A stretch of DNA of 64,000 nucleotides from an uncultured Bacteroidales bacterium (GTDB lineage: Bacteria > Bacteroidota > Bacteroidia > Bacteroidales > UBA932): the NCBI GenBank assembly GCA_944326255.1, contig CALVDG010000003.1:55167-119166 (forward strand), in the 5' to 3' direction. How positions within the stretch are numbered: position 1 is the stretch's first letter; each line of letters starts with the position of its first letter. Made by a program: the position numbers and the translations under genes. Positions 18,547-29,717 of the stretch are shown here, one piece after another. Under the pieces are notes generated by a model, which worked only from the letters and a program-made list of their open reading frames with translations, was not told the DNA's origin and made no database searches.

Positions 18547-18710
18547 TGGCCCTTGAGACTGTCAACAACGCCTACCTGATTGACAAAGAGAGCATCACCG
18601 GAGAGTAGTTCATGGCCATACCGCATCCAGTATGCTTTATTCACTTCACGCGAGATCCTTCACCCAACCCGTCCCCCTGCATACATCCAGGCATAAACGA
18701 AACCGGGTCG

Positions 18711-20876
18711 TCAGCCGATGAGCTCGAGGGCGATGCGGTTGCGCTGGAGGTCGACGTCGATGACACGGACACGGACATGCTGATGTACTTTGAGGACATC
18801 GGAGGGACGGGCCACACGGCGATGACGGCCGTCAGCACCGACCGAGCCCATACGGGAAACGTGAATCAGACCATTCTGCTTGATACCGAAATCCACAAAC
18901 GCCCCGAAGTCAGTCACATTGGTCACGATACCGGGCAGTTCCATTCCAGGCTTGACATCTTCTATAGTGTGTATGTCCTCGGCGAACTCCAGCACCTTGA
19001 ACGAGGCCCTGGGATCCCGGCCCGGCTTGTCCAGCTCCTGCATGATGTCGGTCAGGGTCGGCATACCCACCTCGTCGGACACGTATGCCTTCAGGTCTAC
19101 AGCATCCCGCAGTTCCTTGCGGGCGATAAGCTCGGCCACATCCACACCGGCATCAGCAGCCATCTTCTTGACCAGCGGATAACGCTCGGGGTGAACGGCG
19201 GTATTGTCCAGAGGATCAGCCGCACCCGGTATGCGCAGAAAGCCGGCGCACTGCTCGAAAGCCTTGTCTCCAAGCCTTTTGACTTTAAGCAGTTCACGGC
19301 GTGATGCAAATGCCCCGTGCTCGTCACGGTACTCTACGAGATTGCGGGCCATGGCCGGACCTACACCCGACACGTATGCGAGAAGGTGCCGTGAAGCCGT
19401 ATTGAGATTGACGCCCACGCTGTTGACACAGTTCTCCACCACCTCGTCCAAACGCTCTTTCAGCAGAGTCTGATCCACATCGTGCTGGTACTGTCCCACC
19501 CCTATCGACTTAGGATCTATCTTCACCAACTCGGCCAGCGGGTCCATGATACGCCGTCCGATGGATACGGCTCCGCGCACAGTCACATCGTATTCCGGGA
19601 ACTCCTCCCGGCCGACGGGCGAAGCCGAATACACCGATGCCCCGTCCTCGCTCACCGAATACACCCGCACACCCTCCGGCAGGGCTATCTTCTTGATGAA
19701 TGCATCCGTTTCCCTTCCGGCCGTACCGTTACCGATGGCTATCACCTCTATCTTATACGACTCCACCATATTGGATATCTTCTTCATCGCCATAGTTCGC
19801 TCGTTGCGAGGCGGATGAGGATATATCGTATCATTGTGCAGCAAAGCCCCCTGGGCATCCAGACAGACCACCTTGCAGCCTGTACGGAAGCCGGGGTCAA
19901 TGGCCAGCACCCGTTTCTGTCCGAGCGGAGGAGCCATAAGAAGCTCGCGCAGATTCTCCCCGAACACCTTTATCGACTCTATGTCTGCCCTTTCCTTGGC
20001 CGCACGAAGAGTCTCGTTCTCAATAGACGGATGCAGCAGACGCTTGAACGCATCCTCCACCGCATAGTCTATCTCCAAAGCAGCAGCCTCCGAAGGTGAC
20101 GGCTTCCCGCGCAACACTGACGAATATATCCTGTCCAGAGTCCGGTCCTTGTCCACGTCCACCTTCACGCTCAGCACTCCCTCACGGGCTCCGCGCAGCA
20201 CGGCCAGCACCCTGTGGGACGGTGCCCGGGAGATATCTTCCGAGAACTTGAAGTAGTTCCGGTATTTCGAGGCCTCCTCGCTCTCCTGGTCCACGCCCTG
20301 GGCCACCTTAGCAGTCAATCTGCCGTACTTGCCGTATGAGCGGCGCATCATCTCCCTGACCGGCACCGACTCGGATATCCACTCGGCTATGATGTCCCGG
20401 GCGCCGGACAGCGCACTTTCCGCATCGGGAACCTGCTCCGACACATAAGCCGCGGCATCTTTCTCAGGGTTTCTGGATTTGCAGGAAAATATAGCCTCGG
20501 CCAGAGGTTCCAGGCCTTTCTCCCTGGCGACAGAGGCCTTGGTCCTCCGCTTGGGACGGTAAGGCAGATACAGGTCCTCCAGCACCACCGGGTCCAGGCA
20601 CTCAACGATCTGCTTTTCCAGCTCAGGGGTCAGTTTCTCCTGAGAGGCAATGCTTTCCAGTACAGAAGCCTTACGATTGGCCAGCTCATCGAACTTCTGA
20701 CAGTAATGCTTTATCTCCGCCACCTGGGCCTCATCCAGGCCTCCGGTACGCTCCTTGCGGTAACGGGATATGAAGGGCACGGTCGCCCCTTCGGCTATCA
20801 GTTCGACACAGTGCTCCACCCTCCAGGGCGCAACGGACATAAGTTCCGCGATATGATTGACATACAAACTTTCCAT
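18711..20876 (-). CDS. tex: Tex-like RNA-binding transcription accessory protein (YqgF/HhH/S1 domains)
   Basis: PFISRYRKERTGGLDE near the N-terminus, a YqgF-like core (LAIDPGFRTGCK) and a C-terminal S1 domain (GIVTNVTDFGAFVDFG). The start is set to ATG 20876 (MESLYVNHIAE...). Confidence 0.9.
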   Translation of the reverse strand: MESLYVNHIAELMSVAPWRVEHCVELIAEGATVPFISRYRKERTGGLDEAQVAEIKHYCQKFDELANRKASVLESIASQEKLTPELEKQIVECLDPVVLEDLYLPYRPKRRTKASVAREKGLEPLAEAIFSCKSRNPEKDAAAYVSEQVPDAESALSGARDIIAEWISESVPVREMMRRSYGKYGRLTAKVAQGVDQESEEASKYRNYFKFSEDISRAPSHRVLAVLRGAREGVLSVKVDVDKDRTLDRIYSSVLRGKPSPSEAAALEIDYAVEDAFKRLLHPSIENETLRAAKERADIESIKVFGENLRELLMAPPLGQKRVLAIDPGFRTGCKVVCLDAQGALLHNDTIYPHPPRNERTMAMKKISNMVESYKIEVIAIGNGTAGRETDAFIKKIALPEGVRVYSVSEDGASVYSASPVGREEFPEYDVTVRGAVSIGRRIMDPLAELVKIDPKSIGVGQYQHDVDQTLLKERLDEVVENCVNSVGVNLNTASRHLLAYVSGVGPAMARNLVEYRDEHGAFASRRELLKVKRLGDKAFEQCAGFLRIPGAADPLDNTAVHPERYPLVKKMAADAGVDVAELIARKELRDAVDLKAYVSDEVGMPTLTDIMQELDKPGRDPRASFKVLEFAEDIHTIEDVKPGMELPGIVTNVTDFGAFVDFGIKQNGLIHVSRMGSVGADGRHRRVARPSDVLKVHQHVRVRVIDVDLQRNRIALELIG

Positions 20877-21040
20877 ACAGTCAATATTTTCACGAATATA
20901 AGAAATTTTCCCGAACAAAATATGCGTTAGAATGGGTAAAATGCAAGGCATTGAGGTTCAGGGCGAAGGAGTTTACTGACGTAAATGACTGAGCCATGAT
21001 ACCGATAATGCCGCAGCAGTTTGCCCGTTATAACGCATAT

Positions 21041-22795
21041 TTAATCGCAGGAGACGTCCTGCAGACGCTGCCGATACGACGAGAATATCTTGGACTTGGA
21101 GACATAACCGACATAGCGGCCGTCCTCGTCCACCACCGGCAGATTCCAGGCCTTGGTCGTATCGAACTTATCCATCACGCTGTCCATACGGTCTGTGGAC
21201 AGGACGGTAGCGGGAGCGTTCTTCATCAGGGTATAGACCTTGGTTGTCTCGTACTGGTCCTTATCGAACATTATCTTTCGGATATCATCCAGACCGATGT
21301 AGCCGCGATAGACCCCGGCATCGTCCAGGACGGGATAGAGGTTGCGGGTGGAACGGGCCACTGCCTTGACCAGATCTCCCAGAGTGTCATCCAGCCGGAC
21401 GGAAGTGAAGTCCGTCTCCACCAGATCCGAGGTCTGGAGAAGGGTCAGGACGGCCCGGTCACTGTTGTGCGTGATAAGGTCTCCGCTTTTGGCCAGACGC
21501 TTTGAGTATATAGAAAACGGCTCGAACACTCTCATCGTGGCGAATGATATTGCGGAAACGATAATCAACGGCAACAGAAGCGAATAGCCGCCTGTAATCT
21601 CAGCTATCAGGAAAATGGCCGTCATCGGCGCCTGCATCACTCCAGCCATAAGCCCGGCCATGCCGACCAGCGCGAAATTGGCCTCCGGCAGGGCATGGAA
21701 GCCCATCAGGTTGATGGTCCTCGCCAGGATGAAGCCGGCAATACCTCCGACGATAAGGGTCGGGCCGAAAGTACCTCCGACACCTCCCCCGGCATTGGTG
21801 AAGGACATGGCGAACACTTTCAGGACCAATGCCATGGCAAAATATATCGGAATAACCCACTTATACTGGAATATGGCGGCAAATACGGAGTTCTCCAGTA
21901 CCGAATCCGGATGCCCCTGCAGCATATGTCCGAGAGAGCCGTACCCTTCGCCGAACAACGGCGGAAAAAGGAAGATCAGCACACCCAGCATCGAGGCGCA
22001 TACAGCCCACCTTTTGAAAGGATTCTGTATCTTCTTTATCCGGTCTTCCAGAGAAAGGGTCGTCCTGAGGAAATACAGGGACACAAAGCCGCAGAGCACT
22101 CCAAGCAGGATATAATACGGGATGTTGCCCATAGCGAACGCATCCACCGTACTGGTAAAGGGGACCTCGCGGCCCAGGAACAGATATGAGACCGTCGTTG
22201 CGGTCACAGACGAGAGCAGCAGCGGCAGGATGGAAGACATGGATATGTTGAACAGCAGTATCTCCAGACAGAACAGGATACCTGCCATCGGAGCCTTGAA
22301 TATGCCTGCGACTGCCCCTGCGGCACCGCAGCACAGGAGAATGGTCATCTGCCGGTATGACAGCCCTAGAGAGCGGGCCACATTGGAGCCGATGGCCGCG
22401 CCGGTGTACACGATGGGAGCCTCCGCTCCTACCGAGCCGCCGAAGCCTATGGTGACGGAGCTGGACAGGAGGGAAGACCACATATTGTGGCTTTTAATAC
22501 GCGAATTATTGCGGGATATGGAGAACAGAACCTTTGTCACACCGTGTCCGATATCGTCCCTGACGACATACCGGACAAAGAGCAGGGATAAAAGCATTCC
22601 TACTCCCGGATAGACCAGGAGCAGGAGATTGTTCCACGAGGCATCGAACCATCCGGTCAGAAGCCCCCCGATAAGTTCTATGAGTTTCTTGAGTATTACG
22701 GCCGCGGCTCCGCTTCCCAGACCGACGACGATGGCCAGGATTATCATCAGCCTCTGTTCAGGCTGACGCTTGAGCCACGCGAGCGGCTTAGTCAT
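21041..22795 (-). CDS. ClC-family chloride channel/H+-Cl- antiporter with C-terminal CBS pair
   Basis: Polytopic, with GFGGSVGAEAP, GIFKAPMAG and GGTFGP selectivity-filter-like motifs and two CBS repeats at the C-terminus. The start ATG 22795 (MTKPLAW) overlaps the upstream stop by 8 nt; ATG 22807 is an alternative. Confidence 0.85.
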   Translation of the reverse strand: MTKPLAWLKRQPEQRLMIILAIVVGLGSGAAAVILKKLIELIGGLLTGWFDASWNNLLLLVYPGVGMLLSLLFVRYVVRDDIGHGVTKVLFSISRNNSRIKSHNMWSSLLSSSVTIGFGGSVGAEAPIVYTGAAIGSNVARSLGLSYRQMTILLCCGAAGAVAGIFKAPMAGILFCLEILLFNISMSSILPLLLSSVTATTVSYLFLGREVPFTSTVDAFAMGNIPYYILLGVLCGFVSLYFLRTTLSLEDRIKKIQNPFKRWAVCASMLGVLIFLFPPLFGEGYGSLGHMLQGHPDSVLENSVFAAIFQYKWVIPIYFAMALVLKVFAMSFTNAGGGVGGTFGPTLIVGGIAGFILARTINLMGFHALPEANFALVGMAGLMAGVMQAPMTAIFLIAEITGGYSLLLPLIIVSAISFATMRVFEPFSIYSKRLAKSGDLITHNSDRAVLTLLQTSDLVETDFTSVRLDDTLGDLVKAVARSTRNLYPVLDDAGVYRGYIGLDDIRKIMFDKDQYETTKVYTLMKNAPATVLSTDRMDSVMDKFDTTKAWNLPVVDEDGRYVGYVSKSKIFSSYRQRLQDVSCD

Positions 22796-23156
22796 CCAGC
22801 CGGTCATCGTCCTCCTGCATCTCCTCCGCCTCACCGGGGAATACGTCTCCCTCTATCTCGGGAACCACCGTATCGTCCACAACATCCTCGTCGAAGAGAT
22901 CATTCTCAGCTTTCTCGTAATCGTCTATATCCACGTCTATCTTCACAAGATACACCGCATCGGGAATATCCACTTCCACGGCATAGAAGAAAGTTCCGTC
23001 AGGCTTGTCCACCTTGAAGATATCGCCCATATAATCCGCATATCCTCTGGGATACTTCTCCTTAAACGCCGCCTGAAGTTCAGGTGACATATTGTCGTAA
23101 CTTATTACGGCTCTCTTCTTAGGACGCTGAGCCGAAGGTTTCACGTTCTGTGCCAT
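22788..23156 (-). CDS. Conserved hypothetical protein with a strongly acidic C-terminal tail
   Basis: 122 aa with coding-like composition. The N-terminus is basic (QRPKKRAV) and the tail reads EAEEMQEDDDRLDD. I recognise no motif. Confidence 0.55.
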   Translation of the reverse strand: MAQNVKPSAQRPKKRAVISYDNMSPELQAAFKEKYPRGYADYMGDIFKVDKPDGTFFYAVEVDIPDAVYLVKIDVDIDDYEKAENDLFDEDVVDDTVVPEIEGDVFPGEAEEMQEDDDRLDD

Positions 23157-23182
23157 ACATTCAATTGCTAAAAACGCTGCAA

Positions 23183-24916
23183 TTATAATGTATTTTTTCT
23201 AAAAAAAAGAGATTTTTGGATTTTCTTTCCTTTGATGCTTCTTTCTACGAAAACAGGACGCTTGGAAAGGTCCTTTCCGGTGTAGAACATCACCGACGAG
23301 GCCGTCATGGGCGTCGGAGTGAAATCCTGCACCTGCTCCAAGCGTATACCCCTGAGTTCCTTATTCTTAGACAACGCTTTCATATCCTGCAGCGTACAGC
23401 CGGGGTGAGAGGATATGAAATACGGGACTATACGGTACGGAAGCCTCTCCTGTGCGGCAATCCTGTCAAACTCTCTTCTAAGTACGGCAAACAACTCAAA
23501 GGAAGGTTTCGACATGAGCTTCAGGACATGGGCCTCGGTATGCTCCGGTGCGACCTTGAACCATCCCGAGGTATGGTTGACGACCACCTCCCGGAGGTAT
23601 TTCCGGGAATACTCGTCCAGAAAACCGTCCCGGTCAAGGAAAAGGTCATATCTGATACCGCTTCCAATAAAGGCCTTTCTCACTCCCGGAATCTCCATTA
23701 TCCTGCGGTACAGTTCCAGCAGCCGGCGGTGCGAATGTTCCATATTGGGGCATCTGGAGGGGAACAGACAGGACTTACGGGCGCATACGGCACAGCGGCG
23801 ACTGTCCCGGCCATGAAGTCCGTACATATTGGCGGTAGGAGCTCCCACATCCGATATCACACCCTTGAACTGAGGCATCCCCGTCAGCAGGCGCACCTCA
23901 GCAAGTATCGATTCCTCGCTGCGGCTGCGGATAAACTTGCCCTGATGTGCGGCTATGGTGCAGAAACTGCATCCGCCGAAACAGCCCCGGTGGATGGTCA
24001 GGGAATTCTTTATCATCTCATAGGCCGGTATCTCCTTGCCCTTGTAACGCGGATGGGGCTGCTTGGTAAAGGGCAGGCTGTAATAAGAGTCCATCTCCTC
24101 CTCTGTCTCAGGCGGAAACGGAGGATTGACCCGCACGTATCCGTCCCCGTAGGGTTCGATGAGAGTAGAGGCGTGGAGCCGGTTGGCCTCCTTCTCCTCT
24201 ATGTTGAAATTGTCTATGAATGCGTCGGAATCAGCCAGGACACGCTCGAAGGAATTGAGCAGGACACTGCCTTCCGGCAGATGCTCCGGCTTGCCTTGGA
24301 CAAAATACGCTGTCTGCGGAATATCTCTCAGACTCTGCCCTGCCTCTATGGCCCTGGCCACCGCTGTGACGGGACGCTCGCCCATACCGTAGATAAGACA
24401 GTCCGCCCCGCTGTCCACCAGCACGGACGGAAACAACCGGTCCTGCCAGTAATCGTAATGGGCAAGCCTTCTTAGCGAGGCCTCTATGCCTCCTATGATC
24501 ACAGGGACATGCGGATAAAGCCGCTTGAGTATGCGGGTATAGACGGTCACGGCATAGTCGGGACGGTGTCCGGCCTGGCCTCCGGGAGTATAGGCATCGT
24601 CACTGCGCAGACGCTTGGCGGCGGTATAATGGTTGACCATCGAGTCCATGGCTCCGGAATTGACTCCGAAAAACAGACGCGGGGCTCCCAATTTACGGAA
24701 GTCCCGCAGATCGTCCTGCCAGTTGGGCTGAGGGACGACCGCCACACGGTAGCCCTCCCTCTGCAGCACTCTGGCTATCATTGCCGTCCCGGATGAAGGG
24801 TGATCTATGAAGGCATCCCCTGAGAAGAGAATGATATCGATCCACTCCCATCCGAGCCGCTCCACCTCCTTGACCGAGGTGGGAAACATATAGGCCTGTT
24901 CTGTGTCCGCGCCCAT
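23183..24916 (-). CDS. ygiQ: YgiQ-family radical SAM protein (UPF0313)
   Basis: The N-terminal YgiQ domain (DIILFSGDAFIDHPSSGTAMIARVL) and the radical-SAM cluster motif CFGGCSFC. The start may instead be ATG 24889 (MFPTS...). Confidence 0.85.
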   Translation of the reverse strand: MGADTEQAYMFPTSVKEVERLGWEWIDIILFSGDAFIDHPSSGTAMIARVLQREGYRVAVVPQPNWQDDLRDFRKLGAPRLFFGVNSGAMDSMVNHYTAAKRLRSDDAYTPGGQAGHRPDYAVTVYTRILKRLYPHVPVIIGGIEASLRRLAHYDYWQDRLFPSVLVDSGADCLIYGMGERPVTAVARAIEAGQSLRDIPQTAYFVQGKPEHLPEGSVLLNSFERVLADSDAFIDNFNIEEKEANRLHASTLIEPYGDGYVRVNPPFPPETEEEMDSYYSLPFTKQPHPRYKGKEIPAYEMIKNSLTIHRGCFGGCSFCTIAAHQGKFIRSRSEESILAEVRLLTGMPQFKGVISDVGAPTANMYGLHGRDSRRCAVCARKSCLFPSRCPNMEHSHRRLLELYRRIMEIPGVRKAFIGSGIRYDLFLDRDGFLDEYSRKYLREVVVNHTSGWFKVAPEHTEAHVLKLMSKPSFELFAVLRREFDRIAAQERLPYRIVPYFISSHPGCTLQDMKALSKNKELRGIRLEQVQDFTPTPMTASSVMFYTGKDLSKRPVFVERSIKGKKIQKSLFFRKNTL

Positions 24917-24919
24917 ATA

Positions 24920-26701
24920 CTACATCCTCTCGGGAAGACGGATGCCCAGAATGTCCATGGCCTTGACCAGAACGGATGCAATAGTGGCGATAAGAGAGAG
25001 CCTTGCATCCCGCAGGCTCCGGTTCTCCTCCTTCAGTATGGACACGTCGTGATAATACTGATTGAACTCCTTCGCCAGGTCATAGGCGTAGTTGGCTATC
25101 AGGGCCGGAGACAGAGCCGCTCCCGCCTCGGCCACTTTCTGAGGATACAGGTTGAGCAGCTTGATGATGCTTATCTCCTTCTCGTTGAAATCCACGTCTT
25201 CCGGCACTGAGGGCACATATCCGGCCTCTGCCGCCTTGCGCAGGATGGAGCGTATACGGGCATGGGTGTACTGGATGAACGGACCGGTATTGCCGTTGAA
25301 GTCGATGGATTCCTTGGGATTGAATAGCATGGTCTTCTTGGGGTCCACCTTGATGATGAAATATTTCAAGGCTCCCAGACTGAGCGTGCGGAAGAGCTCG
25401 TCCTGCTCCTGAGCGCTCATGTCGGCCAGCTTGCCGAGCTCCAACGAGGTCTCTTTTGCTGTGTTGTACATCTTCTCCAGCAGATCGTCCGCATCCACGA
25501 CAGTCCCCTCGCGGGACTTCATCTTACCCTCAGGCAGCTCCACCATACCGTATGACAAATGGTAGATATGGTCCGCCCACGCGAAGCCAAGCTTCTTAAG
25601 TATCAGCTTGAGTACCTGGAAATGGTAGTTCTGCTCATTGCCCACCACATAGACATGTTCGTCCAGATTGTACTCGGTAAATCTCTCCACGGCCGTACCC
25701 AGATCCTGGGTGATATACACTGAGGTGCCGTCCTTGCGCAGTACAAGCTTGCGGTCCAGTCCGTCGGCCGTCAGGTCGCACCATACCGAGCCGTCCTCCA
25801 TGCGCTCGAAGACTCCCTTGCGCAGACCGTCCTCCACCAGCGACTTGCCGTGCAGATATGTCTGAGACTCGTAATATATCCTGTCAAATGACACTCCGAG
25901 GGCCTTGTATGTCTCGTCAAAACCGGCATAGACCCATGAGTTCATCATCTTCCACAGGTCTACGGTCTCCTTGTCGCCCTGCTCCCACTTGACCAGCATC
26001 TGACGGGCCTCCTGGAGTATCGGAGCCTTCTCCTCGGCCTCCTCTTTGCTCATCCCTTTCGCCTCCAGTTCAGCCACCTCTGCCTTGTAAAGGTCATTGA
26101 ACTTCACATAAAAGTCCCCGACCAGATGGTCTCCTTTCTTGCCGGAAGACTCCGGGGTAACTCCATTGCCGGCCTTCTTCCATGCTATCATGGACTTGCA
26201 GATATGGATACCGCGGTCATTGACGATATTGGTCCTGATGACCTTATGACCGTTCTCCTCCAGCAGCCTGGACACCGACCATCCCAGAAGGATATTGCGG
26301 ATATGTCCCAGATGCAGCGGCTTGTTGGTATTCGGCGAGGAATATTCCACCATAACTGTCCTGCCGGAGACCGGCAGACGGCCGAAATCCTTGTCCGCCG
26401 CTATGGAGGCATAGACCTCCTTCCAGAAAGATGCGGAGAACTTTATGTTCAGAAAGCCCTTGACCACATTGAAGCTTTCCACTTCAGGTACATTGGCCTT
26501 AAGCCACTCCCCTATCTCCTGAGCAGTGGCCTCGGGAGCCTTGCGGCTGGTCTTCAACAGCGGAAAGACCACCAGTGTGATATCGCCCTCGAACTCCTTT
26601 CTGGTAGCCTGAAGCTGCAGGGGCACATTAACGCCAGAAGCCCCGTATAGGGCTTCCAGCGCATTCTTAACCTTATCTTGGATAAATATTTCCTGATTCA
26701 T
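24920..26701 (-). CDS. argS: Arginine--tRNA ligase
   Basis: 593 aa with the class I HIGH motif (PLHLGHIRN), a KMSK-like MKSREG, and the DALR anticodon-binding C-terminus. Confidence 0.95.
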   Translation of the reverse strand: MNQEIFIQDKVKNALEALYGASGVNVPLQLQATRKEFEGDITLVVFPLLKTSRKAPEATAQEIGEWLKANVPEVESFNVVKGFLNIKFSASFWKEVYASIAADKDFGRLPVSGRTVMVEYSSPNTNKPLHLGHIRNILLGWSVSRLLEENGHKVIRTNIVNDRGIHICKSMIAWKKAGNGVTPESSGKKGDHLVGDFYVKFNDLYKAEVAELEAKGMSKEEAEEKAPILQEARQMLVKWEQGDKETVDLWKMMNSWVYAGFDETYKALGVSFDRIYYESQTYLHGKSLVEDGLRKGVFERMEDGSVWCDLTADGLDRKLVLRKDGTSVYITQDLGTAVERFTEYNLDEHVYVVGNEQNYHFQVLKLILKKLGFAWADHIYHLSYGMVELPEGKMKSREGTVVDADDLLEKMYNTAKETSLELGKLADMSAQEQDELFRTLSLGALKYFIIKVDPKKTMLFNPKESIDFNGNTGPFIQYTHARIRSILRKAAEAGYVPSVPEDVDFNEKEISIIKLLNLYPQKVAEAGAALSPALIANYAYDLAKEFNQYYHDVSILKEENRSLRDARLSLIATIASVLVKAMDILGIRLPERM

Positions 26702-26715
26702 ATAGCTGGGTTACA

Positions 26716-28815
26716 CTATTTAAGACCTCTGTTCTCAAGCAGGGGATCGATTGAAGGCTCCTGACCGCGGAAGTTGACATACAGAGTCATGGCATCGTCC
26801 TCACCGCCTCTTTCCAGGATGTCCTCGCGGAACTTGCGGGCCACCTCGGGATTGAAGATATCACCGGTCTCCTTGAAGGCCTGATAAGCATCCGCGTCAA
26901 GCACCTCTGCCCAGATATAACTGTAGTAGCCTACGGTATATCCGCCTCCGAAGACGTGGGCGAAATACGTAGAGCGGTAGCGGGGAGGTATCTGCGGAAG
27001 CAGTCCTCTGTCACCAAGGGTCTTGGCCTCGAAGGCATTGACATCCAGGTCAGCGGGGATATCATTCATGATGAAATAATCCATATCGAGCAGGGAGGCC
27101 GCCAGATACTCGGTAGTGGCGAAGCCCTGTCCGTACTTGCCCGAGCGGTCGAGCTTGTCCACCAGTTCCTGAGGGATCACCTCTCCTGTCTGCCAGTGCT
27201 TGGCGTAGACTTTCAGGACTTCGGGCTCGAATGCCCAGTGCTCGTTGATCTGCGAGGGCAGCTCCACGAAATCCCTGGTCATGGGGGCATTGCCCTTATA
27301 TCTAACGTCCTGGAGCAGGGACTGGAGAGCATGTCCGAACTCGTGGAAGAATGTCTCCGTCTCGTCGGGGCTGAGAAGTGCAGGGGTATCTCCGTGTCCG
27401 CGTGTGAAGTTACCTACGATAGAGACTATCGGAAGTATCCTCTCACCGTTCTCGTAATGCTGCTCGCGGTATCCGGTGCACCATGCTCCGCCTCTCTTCA
27501 GGCCGGGACGGGCAAACATGTCCATGAATATCACGCCCAGCTGGCTGCCGTCGGCATCCTTGCACAGGAAGGCCTGAGCCTCGGGATCAGGTACGGGCAC
27601 GTTGTTCAGCGGCTCGAATGATATGCCGTAAAGTCTGTTCGCCACATAAAAGATACCCTCGCGGACATTCTCGAACTGGAAATAAGGCTTGAGCTCATCC
27701 TCGGAGAAATTGAACTTTTCGGCCTTGGCCTTTTCAAAATAATATCTCCAGTCAGCGGCGGTAAGAGCGTCTTTCATACCCTCCGCCCTGGCTATGGAAG
27801 TCATGTCGGCCAGCTCGTTCTCAGCCGAATTGAGAGCGGGAGTCCAGAGCTGGTAGAGAAGGGCGTATACGGCCTCGGGGGTCTTGGCCATCCTGTCCTC
27901 CAGCACATACTGTGCGTAATTGTCATAGCCCATGATCTTGGCCTTGCGGTTGCTCAGATTGACCAGTTCCACGATGATGGCCTTGTTGTCATTGGCGTTG
28001 TCGTTGTTGCCCCGGTTGAGATATCCGTTGAGCAGCTTGGTCCTGAGAGCCCTGTTGCCGTCAAACTGCAGGAAAGGCATCAGGCTGGCATTGTCCAGAC
28101 CGAAAGCCCACCAGCCGCCCATGCCTTTCTCCTCGGCACGGCGTGCGGCGGCATCCACAGCCGCCTGGGGAAGGCCGGCGAGATCCTGCTCATTCTCCAC
28201 GACCAGAGTAAAGTCTGCTGTCTCCTTCAGTACATTCTGCTCGAAAAGCAGCTGCAGCTCCGACATTCGGGAATTGATCTTCCTAAGTTCTTCCTTCTTG
28301 TCAGCCGGAAGCGTGGCACCGGCTCTCTCGTAACTCTTGTAGGTCTCGGTGAGCAGACGCATCTGATCCGGTTCCAGACCGAGACCGTCCCTGTCGTCAT
28401 ACAGAGCCTTGATACGCGCAAACAAAGCCTCGTTCATGGATATGCTGTTGAAATGGTCGCTGACTATCGGAGCGAGCTCAGTCTCCAGAGCCATGATCTC
28501 TGGAGTGGCATTGATGGAGGCTCCGTTGGAGAATACGGCGTATATCCTGTCAAACAGCTCTCCTGAGTTGTCCAGAGCGACAATGGTGTTCTCAAATGTA
28601 GGAGCGTCGGGATTGGCCACTATGGCGTCAATCTCCTTGTTGTGCTCCTCGATGGCCTTGAGAACGGCCGGTTTATAATGTTCCGCTTTGATCTCGGAGA
28701 AGGGAGCTATCCCGAAGGGGGTGTTCCACTCTTCCAGAAGCGGATTCTTACTGTTGCACGATGTCATCATAAGCGCAGTTGCAAATATTGCGGTTGCTGT
28801 TAATATTTTCTTCAT
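26716..28815 (-). CDS. dcp: M3-family peptidyl-dipeptidase (Dcp-like), lipoprotein
   Basis: 699 aa with the zinc motif FHEFGHAL and a lipobox signal (ALMMTSC). Confidence 0.9.
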   Translation of the reverse strand: MKKILTATAIFATALMMTSCNSKNPLLEEWNTPFGIAPFSEIKAEHYKPAVLKAIEEHNKEIDAIVANPDAPTFENTIVALDNSGELFDRIYAVFSNGASINATPEIMALETELAPIVSDHFNSISMNEALFARIKALYDDRDGLGLEPDQMRLLTETYKSYERAGATLPADKKEELRKINSRMSELQLLFEQNVLKETADFTLVVENEQDLAGLPQAAVDAAARRAEEKGMGGWWAFGLDNASLMPFLQFDGNRALRTKLLNGYLNRGNNDNANDNKAIIVELVNLSNRKAKIMGYDNYAQYVLEDRMAKTPEAVYALLYQLWTPALNSAENELADMTSIARAEGMKDALTAADWRYYFEKAKAEKFNFSEDELKPYFQFENVREGIFYVANRLYGISFEPLNNVPVPDPEAQAFLCKDADGSQLGVIFMDMFARPGLKRGGAWCTGYREQHYENGERILPIVSIVGNFTRGHGDTPALLSPDETETFFHEFGHALQSLLQDVRYKGNAPMTRDFVELPSQINEHWAFEPEVLKVYAKHWQTGEVIPQELVDKLDRSGKYGQGFATTEYLAASLLDMDYFIMNDIPADLDVNAFEAKTLGDRGLLPQIPPRYRSTYFAHVFGGGYTVGYYSYIWAEVLDADAYQAFKETGDIFNPEVARKFREDILERGGEDDAMTLYVNFRGQEPSIDPLLENRGLK

Positions 28816-28850
28816 ATTTATTGATAGTGTTCTGTGTGTCTGTATCCTGA

Positions 28851-29711
28851 TTATCCGAGATAGCTCTTGAGCAGCTTGCTGCGGTTGCTGTGTCTGAGAC
28901 GGCGGATGGCCTTCTCCTTGATCTGACGGACCCTCTCTCGCGTCAGGCCGAACTTCTCGCCTATCTCCTCCAGGGTCATCTCCTGGGTACCGATACCGAA
29001 AAAGTCCTTCACGATATCCCTCTCTCTCTCGGTAAGCGTGGACAGGGCCCTCTCTATCTCCTTGTTGAGCGACTCGTTGACCAGCCCCTTGTCAGCGTTG
29101 GGAGAGTCATTGTTGACCAGCACGTCCAGCAGGCTGTTGTCCTCACCGTCCACGAAAGGCGCGTCCACCGATACGTGACGGCCCGACACTCTGAGCGTAT
29201 CGGCTATCTTGTCCCTGGGGATATCCAGTATCTCTGCCAGTTCGTCAGGCGAAGGCATCCTCTCGTTGTCCTGCTCGAACTTCTGCAGGGCCTTGTTAAT
29301 CTTGTTCAGGGAACCCACCTGGTTGAGCGGAAGACGGACTATCCTGGACTGCTCGGCCAGAGCCTGCAGTATGGACTGGCGTATCCACCACACGGCATAG
29401 GAGATGAACTTGAAGCCACGGGTCTCGTCGAACTTCTCGGCGGCCTTGATGAGTCCGAGGTTTCCTTCGTTGATAAGGTCCGGAAGACTCAGACCCTGAT
29501 TCTGATACTGTTTCGCAACAGAAACGACAAAGCGGAGATTGGCCTTCGTCAGTTTCTCAAGGGCTTTCTGGTCGCCCTTGCGGATTCTCTGCGCCAACTC
29601 CACTTCCTCATCAACCCCGATGAGTTCCTCCCTGCCTATCTCCTGGAGATACTTGTCGAGAGAGGCGCTCTCACGGTTGGTAATCGATTTTGTAATCTTT
29701 AGTTGTCTCAT
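28851..29711 (-). CDS. rpoD: Primary RNA polymerase sigma factor (Bacteroidetes sigma-A)
   Basis: 286 aa with regions 2-4 ([46 protein letters not shown]). Confidence 0.95.
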   Translation of the reverse strand: MRQLKITKSITNRESASLDKYLQEIGREELIGVDEEVELAQRIRKGDQKALEKLTKANLRFVVSVAKQYQNQGLSLPDLINEGNLGLIKAAEKFDETRGFKFISYAVWWIRQSILQALAEQSRIVRLPLNQVGSLNKINKALQKFEQDNERMPSPDELAEILDIPRDKIADTLRVSGRHVSVDAPFVDGEDNSLLDVLVNNDSPNADKGLVNESLNKEIERALSTLTERERDIVKDFFGIGTQEMTLEEIGEKFGLTRERVRQIKEKAIRRLRHSNRSKLLKSYLG

Positions 29712-29717
29712 TATATT